Assembly (NCBI GenBank): GCA_031364845.1
Contig: JANLWX010000014.1
Coordinates: 1-18,126, forward strand
Length of the DNA: 18,126 bases
Direction: 5' to 3'
Source of the DNA: Candidatus Eiseniibacteriota bacterium
Lineage (GTDB): Bacteria; Eisenbacteria; RBG-16-71-46
Shown here: one piece after another, positions 14,171-18,126 of the stretch
How the letters are laid out: the number at the start of each line of letters is the position of its first letter
Position numbering within the stretch: the stretch's first letter is position 1
The notes under the pieces: generated by a model
Databases searched by the model: none
Seen by the model: the letters and a program-made list of their open reading frames with translations, nothing else
What the model was told of the DNA's origin: nothing
Made by a program: the position numbers and the translations under genes

Positions 14171-16381
14171 CTACGGACCCTCGTCCCGCTTCACCGGCTT
14201 CGATCGCCGATCCACATCCCTCGCCTTCTCCACGAGAGACACGAATTCCGCCACCGTCGCGTCGGCGGGCAGATCACGGGCGGCACTCCGTGCCACCGAC
14301 AGCACGTCGGTCAGGCTGCTGCCCCTCGCCCAGTAACTACCTCTCATCATCTCCGCGAACTCGGCAACCGCAGCGTCCAATCGGAAACGCGGTGCAGTGC
14401 GCTCGAACCTTCGCTGGATCGCTGCGGCATCGAAGCGGCGTTCGATCTCATGCACTCGAGGAGCTCCGGCCACGTCGTGTTCCTGCTCGGCGTATCGAAG
14501 CCGCACGGTGGCGAGTGTGCCGTCTTCGAAATCGCGCGCCAGTTTCACTTCGTACAGCGCCGTGACCTCATGGCCTGCTCCGATCTCGCCCGCATCGACC
14601 TTGTCGTTTCGGAAGTCGCGGTCGGCGACATCGCGATTTTCGAAGCCCAGGAGCCGGTAGCGGAGCACGCGCGTGGAATCGAATTCGACTTGCACTTTCG
14701 CGTCCTTAGCGATGGTCTGAAGCGTGCCGGTCAGATTCTCAACGAAGACCCGGCGCGCCTCGTCGAGATTGTCGACGTAATAGTGGTTGCCATCGCCTCG
14801 ATCGGCGAGTTGCTCCATAAGCACGTCGTTGTAGTTCCCCATGCCGAAGCCGATCGTCGACAGGTGGATGCCGCGGTCTGCCGCGGTGCGGACGCGCTCG
14901 AGAATCGACTCGGGTCCGGTGCGGCCTACGTTCGCAACGCCGTCGGAGCACAACACGACGCGATTGATCGCCCCCCAGCGGTATGCGCGCCACGCCATTT
15001 CGTATCCCAGACGCAGGCCGTGCTCGGCGTTGGTGCTGCCCTCAGGGTGCAGGTTTTCGATGGCATCCAGAATCCGCTTCCGGCCGGCACCCGCCGGCGC
15101 GTCGGAATCGCCTTCTGAATTCCAAGAGCGATCGCTCAGCGGGGCAGGCTCGAGCAGCACACGCCCCTCGTTTCCGAACACCACGATGCCGACCTGATCG
15201 CCACCTCGAAGACGTGCAACGAGGAGCCTGAGGGACCGCTTCACCAGTTCGAGCCGATCTTCTCGCGCCATCGAACCGGACACATCGATCACGAACGTCA
15301 ACTGAGCCGGCATGCGATCGTGCTCGGCAATTTCGCGACCCTTGAGGCCCACACGCATCAGGTGGTAGCCGCGCCCGAACGGCGAAGGCGCTGCGTCGAT
15401 CATGATTCGGAAATCCCCGTTCTCAAACTTCGGATAGTCCTGAGGGAAGAAGTTGACGAACTCCTCCACACGGACCGCGCCGACGGGCGGAAGATGGCCG
15501 AGCTCGAGATAGCGACGCGTGACCGTGTACGACGCGGCATCGACATCCACCGCGAACGTCGAGAGCGCGTCCTCTTCGGTGGCGATGAACGGATTGACGC
15601 CGTAGTTCTTGAAGAACATCGAGTCGAACGCTTCATCATTCGGAAGCCGGGTGCCCCCGGTGATCGGAATCACTGGGGGAGCAACGGGGCCGCTGGTTCC
15701 GTCGATCTGGAACTTCACCTCGCCGCTGCGTCCGCCGCGGAAGTGCAGGTCACCGCCGCGCGCGACGACGCCGGCCTTGGTGCCGATTGCCTGGCTGAGG
15801 TTGTCGACCGGCAGTTCCTTGAGCTTCTCGCCCGAAAGGTTCTGCTTTGCCGTCGACGACTTCGTGTCGATGCGGCGCTCGGCCTTGACCTCGATCGCGT
15901 CGTTCGTTCGCACGAACTGCGTCGAGCTTTCAACGCCATCCGATCCGGAAGACATTGCGGCGAGTTCGCGGAGTGGGAGCGCCGGGACTTCGGTGGCTCG
16001 AGGCGACACCGGCGGAACAGAAGCCTCGAGCATCGGCCTCGCAACCTGCGAGACCGGCGGCTTCAGCGTAGCCCCAGCGTCGTCGACGACCGTGGGTGCT
16101 GCGGTTTCGCTCCCGGCACGCCCGCGTTCCGAGTCCCGAACGCCGCGCCGCGAGTCGAGCGTGGCACGCGCTCCGTCACCCGGCGCCTGACGAAGGATCG
16201 GTATCGGTCGCGAGGAAAACATCGTGATCGCCGTCACGAATGCCGCGAACGCCGTCGCGAGCCACACCGGACGCCGATCCGGACGCCGGGACATCGATGG
16301 ATATGCCGACAGCGCTTCCCACAGTTCAATGCGTTCGTCGGGCGCGAGGCGCTCCGCGTAGCGGTCGAAGAGGTCTTTCAT
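14171..16381 (-). CDS. YfbK-like vWA domain protein (vWF_A + VWA + DUF3520) with N-terminal TM anchor and TonB-plug-like segment; probable anti-sigma/sensor, 736 aa
   Basis: Start reassigned to MKDLFDRY (16381), which overlaps the sigma stop (ATGA). TM segment VWLATAFAAFVTAITMF. NPFIATEEDALSTFAVDVDAASY...VRVEEFVNFF, MIDAS motif DVSGS, GSTN, SDGVAN, then TIAKDAKVQVEF...YRLLGFENR...NDKVDAGEIGAGHEVTALYE. Confidence 0.92.
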   Translation of the reverse strand: MKDLFDRYAERLAPDERIELWEALSAYPSMSRRPDRRPVWLATAFAAFVTAITMFSSRPIPILRQAPGDGARATLDSRRGVRDSERGRAGSETAAPTVVDDAGATLKPPVSQVARPMLEASVPPVSPRATEVPALPLRELAAMSSGSDGVESSTQFVRTNDAIEVKAERRIDTKSSTAKQNLSGEKLKELPVDNLSQAIGTKAGVVARGGDLHFRGGRSGEVKFQIDGTSGPVAPPVIPITGGTRLPNDEAFDSMFFKNYGVNPFIATEEDALSTFAVDVDAASYTVTRRYLELGHLPPVGAVRVEEFVNFFPQDYPKFENGDFRIMIDAAPSPFGRGYHLMRVGLKGREIAEHDRMPAQLTFVIDVSGSMAREDRLELVKRSLRLLVARLRGGDQVGIVVFGNEGRVLLEPAPLSDRSWNSEGDSDAPAGAGRKRILDAIENLHPEGSTNAEHGLRLGYEMAWRAYRWGAINRVVLCSDGVANVGRTGPESILERVRTAADRGIHLSTIGFGMGNYNDVLMEQLADRGDGNHYYVDNLDEARRVFVENLTGTLQTIAKDAKVQVEFDSTRVLRYRLLGFENRDVADRDFRNDKVDAGEIGAGHEVTALYEVKLARDFEDGTLATVRLRYAEQEHDVAGAPRVHEIERRFDAAAIQRRFERTAPRFRLDAAVAEFAEMMRGSYWARGSSLTDVLSVARSAARDLPADATVAEFVSLVEKARDVDRRSKPVKRDEGP

Positions 16382-16965
16382 GACTTCATCCCTTCCCATT
16401 CGCAATCGGCGAGAGGTGGCGTCGTGGCGCGCAAATCGGCGCGCATGTGTTGGCGGGCTCGGGCATGGTGGACGCGCGCGGTGCTCTCGGCGCAGCCCAG
16501 GAGATCCGCGATCTCGCGGAAGCTGCGCCCCTCCCACTCACGCAGCAGGAGTGCGGCGCGCTGATGACGCGACAACCGCGACAGCGCGAGATGTAGGGCG
16601 CTGTCCTCGGACTCGAAGCGCACGCTCTCGACATCCGGTTCGATGCGGACGTGCGCTTCGTCGAGCCGGGCCGTTCGCTTGAGCCGGCGCAGGATGACGC
16701 GCTTCCAGTCAATCGAGCGGCCGAGCGCAATGGAGCGCAGCCAGACCTCGAGCGGCGCCTCCCCGCGATACTGGCCGAGTTTTCGGAACGCCTGGAGGTA
16801 CGTCTCCTGCAGGATGTCCCGGGCCTCTTCACGATCCCCCATCTGATAGCAGAGGAATGCGAACAGGCGATCGCACGTCGATTCGTAGATGGTTCGCCAG
16901 GCGGAAGAGTCACCTTGCCTGGCCCGCTCCGTCAGAATCCGATCCGGCTGGACATCACTTGGCAT
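16378..16965 (-). CDS. ECF-type RNA polymerase sigma-70 factor, 195 aa
   Basis: Region 2: GDREEARDILQETYLQAFRKLGQYRGEA..EVWLRSIA. Region 4: LSRLSRHQRAALLLREWEGRSFREIADLLGCAESTARVHHARARQHMR. AAGGGG RBS. Confidence 0.95.
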   Translation of the reverse strand: MPSDVQPDRILTERARQGDSSAWRTIYESTCDRLFAFLCYQMGDREEARDILQETYLQAFRKLGQYRGEAPLEVWLRSIALGRSIDWKRVILRRLKRTARLDEAHVRIEPDVESVRFESEDSALHLALSRLSRHQRAALLLREWEGRSFREIADLLGCAESTARVHHARARQHMRADLRATTPPLADCEWEGMKS

Positions 16966-17149
16966 CGCCCCTTCGTTTCTCCCGGCTAGCCGATAGGTCG
17001 ACTCTACGTGGAGAAACGCTTACCGCGAAGGGAAAGAATCCAGCGACAGGTTCGGGGGTTGAGGGTCGCGGCCGTTCTGACCGAGGTCACAGGCTTGAAC
17101 GCTCCGAGCACGCGTTCGGCGCGGCCGGAGTGGAACACACGATCGCCGC

Positions 17150-17668
17150 CTAGAGTCGCGCCGCCGGAACGAACCAGTGCACCAGCGCGAACACACCGAT
17201 CACGACCTCGATCGTCGCGGCCATGACCAGTTTGCGCCGCGTCCTTGGCGACGGCGCCAGAATCGCGAACAGCACGAACGCCATGAACCACAGCGGCGCG
17301 CCGAGCAGTTGCGCGATGCCGAGCAGGCTCATGAACAGGGGCGCGATGTGTTGGGTGTCCGGGACCACGAGCGGTGTGAGCACGGCCACCAGTCCCGCGA
17401 TCGCGAACGCGACCGATGCCACGGCCACCGCATTCCAGAACCGCTCGTGACGGCGCAGGAACCACAGCGCCAGCAGCGTGGGCACCAGTGCCACGGCGCA
17501 GAATGCCGCGAGCGAGGTGAGCAACTGGCCGCCCGCATACATCCCGCCCGAAGTGTCGTAAGGCAGCTTCGCCACGCGCGCGTCGTACAGCACCGCCGCA
17601 ACGTAGCCGGCAACGACGGCAGCAACGAACCCGCCAACCACCAGCGTGACCTGCGCCCTGCGGCTCAT
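17150..17668 (-). CDS. hypothetical integral membrane protein, 172 aa, about 5 TM helices
   Basis: GGAGG RBS. Several long hydrophobic stretches separated by Arg-rich loops, and a DTSGGMYAGG loop. Confidence 0.8.
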   Translation of the reverse strand: MSRRAQVTLVVGGFVAAVVAGYVAAVLYDARVAKLPYDTSGGMYAGGQLLTSLAAFCAVALVPTLLALWFLRRHERFWNAVAVASVAFAIAGLVAVLTPLVVPDTQHIAPLFMSLLGIAQLLGAPLWFMAFVLFAILAPSPRTRRKLVMAATIEVVIGVFALVHWFVPAARL

Positions 17669-17747
17669 GGACTGCCTCCGAAGACGGAACTACACAACAG
17701 ATGCGTCTTCGCCCCCCCGCCCTGCTGGCGGACGCCGCCGGGCGACC

Positions 17748-18126
17748 TCAGCGCACGACCAGCATCCGCCGCGTGACGACCTCGCGGCCCACGCTCAGCC
17801 GGCACAGATAGACGCCGGCGGGAATTCCCGCGGGCCGAAACTCGACGCGATGCACTCCCGCTGGCATCCATGCATAGGGCTGCGGGGTCTCGACGCGTCG
17901 GCCTGCGAGGTCGAACAGGTCCAACCGCACGTGTGCTGCGGAAGGAATCGCGTACCGAATCGTCGTCGCGTCACCGAATGGGTTCGGAAGGTTCGACAGA
18001 CTGAGTGGCCCGGACACCTCGTCCAACTCCGGAACCTCGACCACCGGCACGGCCAGCATCGCTGCGATTCCCGACACCGGAACTCCCCCGACGCTGATGA
18101 AGTCGCCGCCGAGATAGATCCGCGTT
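17748..18126 (-). CDS. 3' end of a secreted beta-propeller-repeat protein with C-terminal FlgD-Ig/T9SS-like sorting domain (5' part outside window)
   Basis: The frame is open to the window edge: TRIYLGGDFISVGGVPVSGIAA (GGxF propeller blade), then LSNLPNPFGDATTIRYAIP...VRLDLFDLAGRRV...AGVHRVEF...AGVYLCRL...TRRMLVVR. Confidence 0.88.
   Translation of the reverse strand, partial: TRIYLGGDFISVGGVPVSGIAAMLAVPVVEVPELDEVSGPLSLSNLPNPFGDATTIRYAIPSAAHVRLDLFDLAGRRVETPQPYAWMPAGVHRVEFRPAGIPAGVYLCRLSVGREVVTRRMLVVR

Noticed and set aside
16382..16537. 52-aa N-terminal extension of the vWA ORF
   Set aside because: It overlaps sigma region 4; the ATGA-coupled start at 16381 is preferred.
11922..16564. Plus-strand ORFs 11922..13712 (596 aa), 14144..15118 and 15320..16564
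   Set aside because: Antisense shadows of polB and the vWA gene.
16997..17024. Possible autoregulatory ECF promoter GGTAAG-N18-CGAC
   Set aside because: Short, with slightly long spacing and no second copy found in the window; it cannot be separated from chance.

Overview
High-GC bacterial chromosomal window with every credible gene on the minus strand. Three proteins carry C-terminal FlgD-Ig/T9SS-like sorting domains, which suggests an FCB-group lineage such as Ca. Eisenbacteria (inference). In transcription order (right to left): the 3' end of a secreted beta-propeller protein; a small multi-TM membrane protein; an ECF sigma factor coupled to a membrane-anchored YfbK-like vWA protein; a family B DNA polymerase with proofreading exonuclease and a beta-clamp motif; a secreted beta-helix protein; a lipoprotein-like alpha/beta hydrolase; a larger paralogous propeller + beta-helix protein; a translationally coupled three-gene cassette (cytoplasmic lipase-like alpha/beta hydrolase, caspase-family C14 protease, unknown 390-aa protein); and the 5' part of tgt. 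The best candidate for an undescribed system is the lipase-caspase-unknown cassette (1047..4527), a possible protease-activated defence or cell-death module. Non-coding signals include a structured leader that sequesters the RBS of the 592-aa gene, a TTGACA promoter with a palindrome and a leaderless uORF coupled to tgt, operator-like palindromes upstream of polB and the caspase cassette, and two 14-bp hairpins without U-tracts. No tRNA, rRNA, CRISPR array or transposase was seen.
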